A DNA stretch of 63,351 nt, filler included, from an uncultured bacterium (lineage in GTDB: Bacteria > B130-G9): the NCBI GenBank assembly GCA_965372715.1. It is 5 parts of 5 records of this genome, joined end to end, with 100 filler letters (N's around TTAATTAATTAA, not from the genome) between each part and the next. Parts side by side here need not be neighbours in the genome. Positions count along the whole stretch, not along the records: positions 15,604 to 30,395 come from CBDVDH010000072.1; positions 30,496 to 45,169 come from CBDVDH010000073.1; 3 more parts are not named here. One strand, written 5' to 3'. Positions 28,515-37,922 of the stretch are shown here, one piece after another. A program made the position numbers and the translations under genes. Within the stretch, counting starts at the first letter, position 1. Every line of letters starts with the position of its first letter. The notes beneath the pieces are model-generated. The model was given only the letters and a program-made list of their open reading frames with translations, did no database searches and was not told the origin of the DNA.

Positions 28515-30395
28515 ATGAGAACGATTGAAACGACCATGGTCGTAGTATTTGCGTTGCTGGGGAGCTTCTGTATCTGCCAGGCGGAGTTTGTGCACCATTT
28601 CAACCCGCTTGTCGGTGGGAGCGCGTCAATCTTTGGACGGGACGGGAACCTTTGGATTGGGGTACCCGGCGTGGGCCTGGTGAGCTTGGACGTGGACTCG
28701 GGTCTAACATCCATCTATGGCTTGAAACATGGCCTCCGAAAAGTCGATTACATTCACCAGGTCGCTCAGGACGCCTCGGGCCGGATGTGGCTCTCGCAGC
28801 TCGACTTAATCTCGTGCTTCGACAGCGGGATGTTCACCTGTTACGGCAGAGAGAGCGGTATCTGGAGGTCTAAACCACCGATCGGCTGCGATCCAGATGG
28901 TTCTGTCTGGACCGTCTCAATTGATGGCGGCCTGAGACGTTTTGACGGCCAAGAATGGGTGGAGGTGAATGATGCACCCATCGGAAACGCCGTCTTCATC
29001 AAGTTTGGGCCGGACGGAACAGGCTGGTTCCTATGTTGGACCGGTCCTATGGGCGTGATGTATCTTGTAAGCTACCGAGACGGCGCCTGGACAGTTTTCG
29101 ACGATCTTGAAGTAGGCGGGGACCCTAGTTATATGGCCGTCACACGCAATAACGACGTTTGGGTGGTGACGTATGAACTTGTGTTCGTGTGTAGGGACGG
29201 CACGTTGCTCCGGGAGTACCGGCTGGCCGATGGCCTCGCTGGCTACCGCTCGTCGCGTGTGGCCGAGGACGCGCAAGATCATATCTGGGTGGGCGATTAC
29301 GACGCAGGCGCCGCGATGTTCGACGGCGATCAATGGACGGTCTTCAACACGCTGAACAGCGGCATCATCTCCAACAACGTTAAGAGCGTCGCCGCTTCTC
29401 CGGACGGCTCCGTCTTCTTCACCACTGACCTGGGGGTAAGCCGCTATAACGCCGGACTGTGGAACAACTATGGGCGAAGCGGCCTTCCCACTAACGACAT
29501 CTATTCAGTCGCCATCAGCGAGCAGGGAGACGTTTACTACGGCACGTATTCTGGCGAGTTGGGCCATTTCGACGGCTCAGTGTGGGAAGTGCTCTATGAT
29601 TCTGCCCCAGTAGGAGCTTGCCAGGTCTATGATCTCGCGTTTGACAGAAGAGGCGCCATCTGGCTCGCCGAAAACGACATGGTCGAGGTCTGGCTGGGCT
29701 CGGTAACGGGGCACGCCCGTGCCGGCGATATGCCTCTGGCTCAATCAAAGCGCCTCGCCCTGGACAACGATGGCAATATGTGGGTCTGCGCAGGTCTGGG
29801 CCTGGCCCGATACAACTTCACTTCGTGGCTGTCGTTCCGCATCACAGAGGGAGACAACCCTCCGGGCTATCACCCTCTTCAGCCTCGAAGCATCGCCTGC
29901 GACTTGGAGGGCAACGTATGGGTTGGGACGACCGAGGCGGGCCTTGCCAAGTTGAGGGACGATGCAATCGTCGGCTTGCTCCCCGAATATCCTGGGGTTA
30001 TGGCGATAGCTTGTGATAATGACGGCGTGCTGTGGATGGGGTTCGATGGACGAGGCGTTCTTGAATTCGACGGCGAGAATGAACTCGCTTGGTACACGGT
30101 CGATGACGGCCTGCCGTCGAACGAGATCACCTGTATTGACTGCGACATCAGCAACAATGTGTGGGTCGGCGCCGACGAGGGCATCGCGTTCTTCAATAGG
30201 CAGCAGTGGACCACATACGACCTTGAGACCGGGCTCGAGGTGGATCAAATAAGGGATGTTTACTGCTCGCCGATCTGCGGCGACGTGTGGTTTGCCACGC
30301 CGGCCGGCCTGCTTCAATACGAGTCCGAGATTCAGCCGGTGAAGCCCTCGATAACTATCACGACGGACCGGGAGCTCTATCACGCGGGCGACACG
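28515..30395 (+). CDS. Secreted beta-propeller protein (two-component-regulator propeller repeats), 3'-truncated by the gap
   Basis: GGAGG RBS, signal peptide, many GLPSN..I..D..G.VW.GT..G repeats. Confidence 0.88.
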
Positions 30396-30495
30396 NNNNN
30401 NNNNNNNNNNNNNNNNNNNNNNNNNNNNNNNNNNNNNNNTTAATTAATTAANNNNNNNNNNNNNNNNNNNNNNNNNNNNNNNNNNNNNNNNNNNN
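30396..30495. other. Artificial contig linker
   Basis: N44-TTAATTAATTAA-N44. Confidence 0.99.
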
Positions 30496-30635
30496 TTGTG
30501 GGGGGGTGGTGGCCCCGCCTTTTTATACTTGCGTAAAATTCGTTTCGGGGGGGGCAACCCACCGCCCCTACGAGGCCCGACACCCGATCGTGGCCCAGCC
30601 TCATCAACCCTTCCGCTACAAACCCCATCCTGCAT

Positions 30636-31772
30636 TCACGCTCCTGTCTGGAGCTGCTTGTTGACGGCGTCAAACACGTCCTCTGCGGAGATGCCCTTCA
30701 TGCAAACATGGCCCTTATCGCAGGTCTGCCGGTAGCAAGGCGCACAGGGAACATTATAGACGATCTTCGTTCCGCGACCGTAAAGCTCGATCTCGGCTGC
30801 GCACGTCGGGCCCATGAGCACGACGACGGGCCGCCTGGCCCCTATCGCAAGGTGCATCGCCAGCGTATCCGCGCTGACTACCAGGTCGCAGCACGCGACT
30901 AGACCCGCGAAATCCGTCAAGGAATGCCCACAACCAGCGTCTATCGCCGCGCCTCGACACAGCTCGGCGATTCGCCTGTTCCGTTCAGCTTCGAGCGGCC
31001 CCCCCAGAAGCAAGGGAACGACGCCCAGCCGCTCCCTCAAGAGCCCGGCTAACACAACGAAATGCTCTTCCGGCCACACCTTCGTGGCAAAAACTGCGCC
31101 CGCGCCCGTGTTCAGCCCAACAACCACTGCGTCCCGTCCGATGCCGACTCCCTCCAAAAAGGCCCTTGCCTCCGCTAGTGCATCGTCCGGCAACCCGAAT
31201 ACGTACTCGTAACTTGGATCGTAATCAAGCCCGCAGACCTCAAAGATCATCTCTTGATATGTCTTCTTGTTTTGCCTGAACTTCAGCTCGTCGTCGTAAC
31301 CTAAACGAAACGCGTAGTTCGCGAGCTCGCTTGCAGGCATTAAAACGCCCTCCGGCGACCACTTGAACCCAAAGCGCTCCTTGGCCGCGATCTGACTTGC
31401 CAGCGCCGTTGCGCGCGGCTCCTTATCGAGGCAGATTACGATGTCGGGCTTCTCGCCCTTCACTCTGATGATGCTACCCAAAGAATACGGCAGCAATACG
31501 TCAATTAGCTCCGAAAATCGCAACAACTCGGCAGAATCTACATCCGTGAGCCAGGTGATGAATGACGATGGGTATTTCGCTTTGAGTCCCTCTAGAAGAG
31601 GCGTTGTTCGCAGGACATCTCCGACGGCCGCGAGCTTTATGATCAAGATGCGCCTGCCCCTTGGCGCATAACGCTCACAGCCATCGCACATACGTTTGAA
31701 AATGCACGGCTTCTCGCCGACGAAGAACCTGCACTCGGTCCGAGCACCGAGAGGAGTTGCTGCCTTTCTCAA
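30636..31772 (-). CDS. Glycosyltransferase family 9 (heptosyltransferase-like)
   Basis: IIKLAAVGDVLRTTP, GLNTGAG..KVW, SADTLAMHLA, MGPT. Confidence 0.92.
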   Translation of the reverse strand: MRKAATPLGARTECRFFVGEKPCIFKRMCDGCERYAPRGRRILIIKLAAVGDVLRTTPLLEGLKAKYPSSFITWLTDVDSAELLRFSELIDVLLPYSLGSIIRVKGEKPDIVICLDKEPRATALASQIAAKERFGFKWSPEGVLMPASELANYAFRLGYDDELKFRQNKKTYQEMIFEVCGLDYDPSYEYVFGLPDDALAEARAFLEGVGIGRDAVVVGLNTGAGAVFATKVWPEEHFVVLAGLLRERLGVVPLLLGGPLEAERNRRIAELCRGAAIDAGCGHSLTDFAGLVACCDLVVSADTLAMHLAIGARRPVVVLMGPTCAAEIELYGRGTKIVYNVPCAPCYRQTCDKGHVCMKGISAEDVFDAVNKQLQTGA

Positions 31773-31970
31773 ATCAAATCACACGCATCCAAACACTTGG
31801 GATAGCCATCTGTAGGAACGCATCGACCGGTGATCTTGCATAAACCATCAGCGAAACCAAACAGCGAATCCGCGCTCGCACAAGGAAGACCACGCCGGAG
31901 AAGGCAAACATTCACCATTCGGCGAACTTGCCGGAGCCAATTAAACATCAGAAGCAGGAGCAAACCAGTC

Positions 31971-32336
31971 CTATTTGCCCTCTATAGTCTCTTTCTGCTG
32001 TTCAGAAAGAACGAGGCCAAACTCCCTGGGCCCGACCCTTATTCCCGCCTCGATTATGCCGGTCACCTTCAGCCGCTGCCCGACCTCGGGAAGATAGGCC
32101 CGTTTTGTCAGGACCCATATCTCGCCAGTATCATCCTTCAGAAGATACCCCGCGTTCTCGAAGAACGGGATGGGCAGTTTCTTGGCGACCTCGCCATATA
32201 CAATCACCTGCTTGTTCCTAAACTTGTCCGGATCGGAGGTTATCTTGCCGATCTTCGTCCGACAACCGACAATTGAGAGAAGGCATACTAAAGCGAGGCA
32301 GGCGGCCAGTACCTTCCTGGCATACGATTGTTTCAT
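31971..32336 (-). CDS. OB-fold lipoprotein
   Basis: IVGC lipobox; V.V.G.V..YLLKDDTGEIWV..G..LKVTG OB pattern. Confidence 0.75.
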   Translation of the reverse strand: MKQSYARKVLAACLALVCLLSIVGCRTKIGKITSDPDKFRNKQVIVYGEVAKKLPIPFFENAGYLLKDDTGEIWVLTKRAYLPEVGQRLKVTGIIEAGIRVGPREFGLVLSEQQKETIEGK

Positions 32337-32381
32337 ACCTCATACCTCTATCTATGTATATCCACGTTTCTTATACGGTCT

Positions 32382-34088
32382 TCATCTTACTGCCTCAGCA
32401 AGCATCTCCGGCGCTACATCAATCGGCAGGAAGCGTTTCTGTTTGGTCTTGCGGTCCATGAGCTCGATCTTGCCTTCCTTGACGCAGCGCTTGCCCAAGA
32501 TGATCTGTGTGGGAATGCCCAGAAGGTCAGCATCAGCGAACTTGACGCCCGGCCAAACATTGCGATCATCGAGCAGGACCGAAATCCCAGCGTCCCTGAG
32601 CATAGCATAGCACTTTTCGCCTAGCTCCATCAACGTGCTGTCCGTCGATTGCATCGGAGCGATTATCGCAAGATACGGGGCGAGGCTCTTGGGCCAGATT
32701 ATGCCCCGGTCGTCGTGGCTCTGCTCGATCACGGCCGCGACCGTCCGCTCGATCCCAAGCCCATAGCAGCCCATTACGATCGGGTTCTCCTTGCCGCTTT
32801 TGTCCGTGAACTTCGCCGATAGCTTCTCGCTGTATTTTGTCCCCAGCTTGAATATGTGACCCACCTCGATGCCCGTCTCGAGCCCAAGCGGCTGACCGCA
32901 CTTAGGGCAGGGGTCGCCCGGCATTGTCTTTCTGATATCAGCGTATTCATCAGGCGCAAAATCCCGCCCAACCTCGCAGCCGGAGTAGTGCGAGTCCTTT
33001 TTATTCGCGCCAACGACCATGCACGTCTCGCCCTCAAGGGAGAGATCTGCACACACCCTTATCCCCGAAAGGCCGACCGGACCCGAGAACCCCATTGGGG
33101 CCCCGGTAGCCGCCTCAATCTCGGCCGCTGACGCGAGCTCAAGCCTCTGGTCATCCACAACTTGTCTCATCTTTCTCAGGTTAAGCTCGTGATCGCCTCT
33201 TAAAAGCCCGGCCACGAGACCGCCATCGCCCTTCTTCAAGATGAGCGTCTTGATCAGCTTCTCAGGCCCGACGCCCAAGAACTCTGTAACCTGCTCGACC
33301 CTCGTCAGGCCCGGGGTCCCCACCTCTTTCAGAGCACACTCCTTACGCTCAGGCCGAACAGCCGGGGCCGTGCATTCGCCCTCCCCCGGGAATGACGCGT
33401 AACCACACTCCCGGCACTTGACAAGCCGATCCTCACCAGACGCAGCCACAACGATGAACTCGTGCGAGGCGCTGCCGCCGATGGCGCCAGTTTCCGACGT
33501 CGGAATCGCCTCGTAGGCCACGCCGATGCGGTCGAATATCCTGCAATACGCGTCGAACATCCTGTCATAGCTCTTATCGAGGCCCGCCTCATCCACGTCG
33601 AAGCTGTAAAGGTCTTTCATCGTGAATTCGCGCGTCCGCATGACGCCGAACCGCGGCCTTGGCTCATCTCTGAACTTCGTCTGGATTTGATAGAACATCT
33701 TGGGCAGGTCGGCCCACGAGCGAATCTCGCTTGCGACGATTAGGGTTATGATCTCCTCGTGCGTGGGGCCCAGGAGCATCTCGTGCCCGTGCCTGTCGTG
33801 GAAGCGGAACACATCCTTGCCGTAGGCCTCGAGCCGACCACTTCTCTGCCATATATCAGTCGGCTGGAGTGCTGGCAGCAAGAACTCCTGTCCGCCCGCA
33901 TTGTTCATCTCCTCGCGGACGATCGTCTTCAACCTCTGTATCACCGCGTAGCCGAACGGCAGGTAGGAATAAACCCCAGACGCTGCTTGCCGTATCATGC
34001 CCGCGCGAACCATCAGCTTATGGCTGATGCTCACCGCGTCGGCGGGCGCCTCTTTAAGCGTTGGAATAAACGCCTCGCTAAACCTCAT
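32382..34088 (-). CDS. proS: Proline--tRNA ligase (bacterial type with INS editing domain)
   Basis: SHKLMVRAG, LGPTHEE, KFRDEPRPRFG, GIEVGHIFKLGTKYS, MGCYGLG. Confidence 0.97.
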   Translation of the reverse strand: MRFSEAFIPTLKEAPADAVSISHKLMVRAGMIRQAASGVYSYLPFGYAVIQRLKTIVREEMNNAGGQEFLLPALQPTDIWQRSGRLEAYGKDVFRFHDRHGHEMLLGPTHEEIITLIVASEIRSWADLPKMFYQIQTKFRDEPRPRFGVMRTREFTMKDLYSFDVDEAGLDKSYDRMFDAYCRIFDRIGVAYEAIPTSETGAIGGSASHEFIVVAASGEDRLVKCRECGYASFPGEGECTAPAVRPERKECALKEVGTPGLTRVEQVTEFLGVGPEKLIKTLILKKGDGGLVAGLLRGDHELNLRKMRQVVDDQRLELASAAEIEAATGAPMGFSGPVGLSGIRVCADLSLEGETCMVVGANKKDSHYSGCEVGRDFAPDEYADIRKTMPGDPCPKCGQPLGLETGIEVGHIFKLGTKYSEKLSAKFTDKSGKENPIVMGCYGLGIERTVAAVIEQSHDDRGIIWPKSLAPYLAIIAPMQSTDSTLMELGEKCYAMLRDAGISVLLDDRNVWPGVKFADADLLGIPTQIILGKRCVKEGKIELMDRKTKQKRFLPIDVAPEMLAEAVR

Positions 34089-34147
34089 ATTCAACTCCTA
34101 GCATCAGACAACGTGCACTCAGACCTGCGCAAAGCCATAGTGGACGA

Positions 34148-34420
34148 TTAGAGACTCAATTCCGCCTGACGGAACAATGCCAACATTGGCCGCATCCGGC
34201 AAGCTCCTGGACTGCGCCAGCCCCCATTGCGGTCGGATTGAGGCGACAAGAGCTTCACGATCTTGTTGAGTGCGTTCACAAAGGCAGCCCGAGAGAACAG
34301 CACGGCGGCGATCACCAAGAGGACGAGGCCTCGATTTCGTGGATCGCACTCTTGGCCGGACAGCAAGCCCATGCCCATTATGGCCGTCAGAATCGAGAAG
34401 CAAACGCAGATGAAGCCCAT
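34148..34420 (-). CDS. Small hypothetical membrane protein
   Basis: GAGGAG RBS and two hydrophobic segments. Confidence 0.4.
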   Translation of the reverse strand: MGFICVCFSILTAIMGMGLLSGQECDPRNRGLVLLVIAAVLFSRAAFVNALNKIVKLLSPQSDRNGGWRSPGACRMRPMLALFRQAELSL

Positions 34421-34606
34421 AGCCGAACACCTCTCCTCGCCGCACGCCAGCAAACAACCAACATATCACATCCGTCGCCCAGATCAAGCCAGCAAGCCGC
34501 CAGGCGCCGTTCGCATTCTTCCGGCGCCAGACCCTCGGGCCAGTTCATACGGGTCCTTGCGTGTCACGCGCAATCGCGTGGCGGTTGGATCGGGACTTGC
34601 ATTACT

Positions 34607-34703
34607 GGTTCAACCCGTTTAGCATCGCGCCCGCGGGCCCTGGCGCAGCGCAGAGCGCCACACACCACAGGTGTCGCGGGCGCGATGCTAAACGGGTTGA
34701 ACC
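34607..34703. mobile_element. 97-bp MITE-like element with perfect 29-bp terminal inverted repeats
   Basis: ggttcaacccgtttagcatcgcgcccgcg at 34607-34635; exact reverse complement at 34675-34703. Confidence 0.65.
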
Positions 34704-34998
34704 GCTAAAGATGATTTGAACTTGACACGAAATGATATAGAAGGGTAAAAGAAGGACTTCATATTTAAGGCTGTTGTAGCTGTGGGAATCACTTGATTCC
34801 GTACAGGACAGGGAAAGGGGAGTAGGTTGCGCCAGCAGAGAATAACAGGTCGTGATAGGCTATTGGTCATATCAAGTCGGGACCCGCTTGGCATCAAAGG
34901 GATAACATTGGGCGGTGACCCTCCATCTCTTCGTGTGGAGGCGCGCATAGCCATTCGGCAATGGGCCGCTAAGAACGGAGCGAGCGAGGAAGGGGAAG

Positions 34999-36171
34999 AT
35001 GAGAGCCGACCCGAAGAAGAGACGAAAGAAGAGACTCACTTCAAAGGAGCTAGGCAAGGGTAGAGGGGACTTCGACCGAGATTACACTTCGATCCTCTAC
35101 TCCCACGCGTTTCGGCGCCTCCGGCACAAGACACAGGTGTTTTTCTATGCCCAGAATGATCATCTTTGCACGAGGCTTGATCATTCATTGTGTGTCGCGG
35201 CCATTTCCGAAATCGTATGCAATAATCTTAAGTCTAATGGCGCCGACTGCGATCCGGTCTTGGCGAAGACGATCGGGATAGGTCATGACTTGGGTCATCC
35301 CCCTTTTGGTCATGCCGGGGAGGATGTTTTGAATGGTATAGCCGGAGACATCGGCGGGTTTAGGCATGAACGCCATAGTCTCAGAATAGTGGATCAGATA
35401 GAGAAGCCACCAGCTCCAGGTCAGCCTATGATCGGCTTGAATTTGACATTGGCTGTCCGTGATGGGATCGTCAACCACTGCGGCGAAGATCGTTCAACGA
35501 TCATTAAGCCTGCCAGATCGCCAGATCTGGAGAGCGGCAAGTCCTTCCCGTTCACCTTGGAGGGATGCGTGGTGAGGCTGGTCGACAAGATTGCGTATCT
35601 CGGGAGGGACTTCGAGGATGCCGTAATCACGGGGATGATCAAGCAAGAGGAGATCCCTGCACAACTAGGGGCATTGGTAGGCACCAAGAATGGGGAAATA
35701 GTGGATTACTTCGTTGGGGACCTGATCGCACATTCACACGGAGGAGAGATCGCGCTGTCAGAGGAAGCGAGCGCTCTGATGAGTCATTTGATGGAGTTCA
35801 ACTATACAGAGATATATGAGCATAAGACGCTCGCCTCATATAAGAAGAGAGTGAAAGATATTCTGGAAACACTGTTCGATCGATTCATGGCGGTCCTAAA
35901 AGAATATCATGATCGTGTCAAAAAATACTTCGATGATGATCTCGAAGTTGTGACGGTTTTCGGGGATTTCGTCAGGAATCGAAGGGTATTGTACTTCGAT
36001 AAAGAAGCCAAGAGGCTTAATGATGACAATCTGCTGCGCAAGACAATCGTGATAGACTTCTTGTCAACACTGACCGATAGCTTCGTCTTCGAGGCTTGTA
36101 AGGAGTACTTCCTTCCTAAATCCCTTGACAGTTTATCGGCCCGCCGACAGACCGCCCAACGCAGAAGGTGA
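34999..36171 (+). CDS. Second dNTP triphosphohydrolase (dGTPase-like HD protein)
   Basis: FRRLRHKTQVF, TRLDHSL, HDLGHPPFGHAGE, DKIAY..D.ED, DFLSTLTD. Confidence 0.9.
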   Translation: MRADPKKRRKKRLTSKELGKGRGDFDRDYTSILYSHAFRRLRHKTQVFFYAQNDHLCTRLDHSLCVAAISEIVCNNLKSNGADCDPVLAKTIGIGHDLGHPPFGHAGEDVLNGIAGDIGGFRHERHSLRIVDQIEKPPAPGQPMIGLNLTLAVRDGIVNHCGEDRSTIIKPARSPDLESGKSFPFTLEGCVVRLVDKIAYLGRDFEDAVITGMIKQEEIPAQLGALVGTKNGEIVDYFVGDLIAHSHGGEIALSEEASALMSHLMEFNYTEIYEHKTLASYKKRVKDILETLFDRFMAVLKEYHDRVKKYFDDDLEVVTVFGDFVRNRRVLYFDKEAKRLNDDNLLRKTIVIDFLSTLTDSFVFEACKEYFLPKSLDSLSARRQTAQRRR

Positions 36172-36320
36172 GCGGCATCCGAGATGAGCCTTCCGACAAT
36201 GTAACGTTTTGCTGAATCCTTACATTTCGCCGTAACCGACCGTCTGAAGGGTACCGCCTTCTTCCGCACTGCGGATCGTCGCTCGACATCCTCCGCCTAT
36301 TCCCTCAGAGCAAAGGGACC

Positions 36321-36878
36321 TCATCTGGCGAGGCGCCTGCCCAAAGCGGATGCGGAATCGAGAAGCTCCCTCTCCTCCGCGGCCAGACCAGCAGCCCCTA
36401 ACCCGGCGCCGACGATGATGCCCTCAGGCTTATCGAATCCAAGACGGTGCAGTATCTCTCCCACGGAATCAAAATACGCTGAATACTCCTCGGCCTTGGA
36501 CATACCCTGGGTGAATACGAGGCCTAATTTCTTCCCCTTTGGCAGGCGGCTTTTGAAGTCTGGTCCCAAATATGCAAACAGCCGGTCTAGCACCAGCTTC
36601 AGCTGCCCGGTCATCGCGAACATATAGACGGGCGAGGCGAACACAACCGCGTCGGCCTTATCGATCTCACCGTAGAGGGGAGTCATGTCGTCCTTCTGAA
36701 TGCAGCGCTCCTCCTTCTTGCACGCAGAACATCCCTGACAACCGACCATCTTCATGTCCTTCGTGTAAAAAACCTGCGTCTCGGCGCCCTCCTCAGCCGC
36801 GCCTCTCAGAACCTCCTCAGCCAAGATGCCCGAATTGCTGTTTTCCCTCGCACTCCCACAGATAGCAATAACTCTCAT
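36321..36878 (-). CDS. Iron-sulfur flavoprotein / FMN reductase (flavodoxin-like)
   Basis: GSARENSNS, CQGCSACKKEERC, KDDM, ASPVY. Confidence 0.9.
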   Translation of the reverse strand: MRVIAICGSARENSNSGILAEEVLRGAAEEGAETQVFYTKDMKMVGCQGCSACKKEERCIQKDDMTPLYGEIDKADAVVFASPVYMFAMTGQLKLVLDRLFAYLGPDFKSRLPKGKKLGLVFTQGMSKAEEYSAYFDSVGEILHRLGFDKPEGIIVGAGLGAAGLAAEERELLDSASALGRRLAR

Positions 36879-37060
36879 GGTGCTCTCCCCTTATGGTTGC
36901 CAACTCAAGAACACAGAAAAGCGTGTTGAAGACTATCGCATACTCTTGCGGTCGTCTATCTCAAGAGAAGCCTGAAGAAGAACGGTTGTCAACTGCCCAA
37001 TTCTGAGGCATTCTGACACTAAAAAATGACAGACACATACATCCATCGAAGGATAGAACT

Positions 37061-37321
37061 GTGGCCCAGATAGACATCCAAGAGATTCTGAACCTGACAC
37101 CCCAATTGCTCAAAATACCCTTCAAGCGAATCTGGTGCAGCTACGATGAAGAAGCGGACGTTCTGTACCTGAATTTCAAGAAGCCGAGTCATGCAGACGA
37201 CAGCGAGCTCACCGACGACGATATCCTCATTCGTTACGAGAATGGCGAAGTAGTGGGACTGACGGTTCTCCACGCAAGCAAGCGAGAAGAAGGGCAGAAG
37301 CCTCTTCCAGGGTTAGTATGA
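37061..37321 (+). CDS. DUF2283-family protein (putative antitoxin)
   Basis: YDEEADVLYLNF...DDILIRY..GEVVGLTVLHAS. Confidence 0.85.
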   Translation: MAQIDIQEILNLTPQLLKIPFKRIWCSYDEEADVLYLNFKKPSHADDSELTDDDILIRYENGEVVGLTVLHASKREEGQKPLPGLV

Positions 37322-37453
37322 TGATCCCTACAGCACTTGAGCGTGCTGATGAGCGGCGCGGCTCTGCCTAATGCCTCGCAATGTCGAGGTGATTCTGAGA
37401 GAATAGACACGACAAATGGTAAGATAAAATCGATCAAGCCTCAGCTCCCGACC

Positions 37454-37576
37454 TCATAACCGGCGTTTGTGAAGCCATTCGAGCAAATCGGTTCGGGAGA
37501 CCTCTGCATCATTAAGTATCTTGCTCAGGATGCCACGCCCCAAATCCTCCCCCTTGCTCAGAGGCACGACACATGT
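37454..37576 (-). pseudogene. HicA toxin C-terminal remnant
   Basis: TCVVPLSKGEDLGRGILSKILNDAEVSR preceded by an in-frame TGA; the N-terminal GSH half is missing. Confidence 0.7.
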
Positions 37577-37583
37577 TCATCCT

Positions 37584-37742
37584 TCAGCCTTCATCAAGAC
37601 AGAGCTGTATCACTTCTTTGACACGGGGCATTAGCTCTTCCATCGTCCGAGCCTGCGTATAGCAGCTCTTCAGGGCCGGAACGGTGGCGACAAGGTAGCC
37701 ATCCTCATCGCGCTCGATCAATATGGTGAAACGATGCTTCAT
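37584..37742 (-). CDS. HicB-like antitoxin (short, UPF0150 type)
   Basis: AAGGAG RBS; FTILIERDEDGYLVATVPALKSCYTQARTMEEL. Confidence 0.82.
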   Translation of the reverse strand: MKHRFTILIERDEDGYLVATVPALKSCYTQARTMEELMPRVKEVIQLCLDEG

Positions 37743-37922
37743 AATAGGCACACTCCTTCCATGCAAAGCCTGTGAGCGACCTGATTCTCGGAACCATCAT
37801 CCGGATCCGCCCACCTAAAAACCTTCGCCATCAGCTCGTCTGTGAGCTCAACGGGCACAGCATGAGCTTCAATAGTCATTGATCTGAGCTCATTATCCGC
37901 CCCAGGTATCGGCTCCGCCCGC

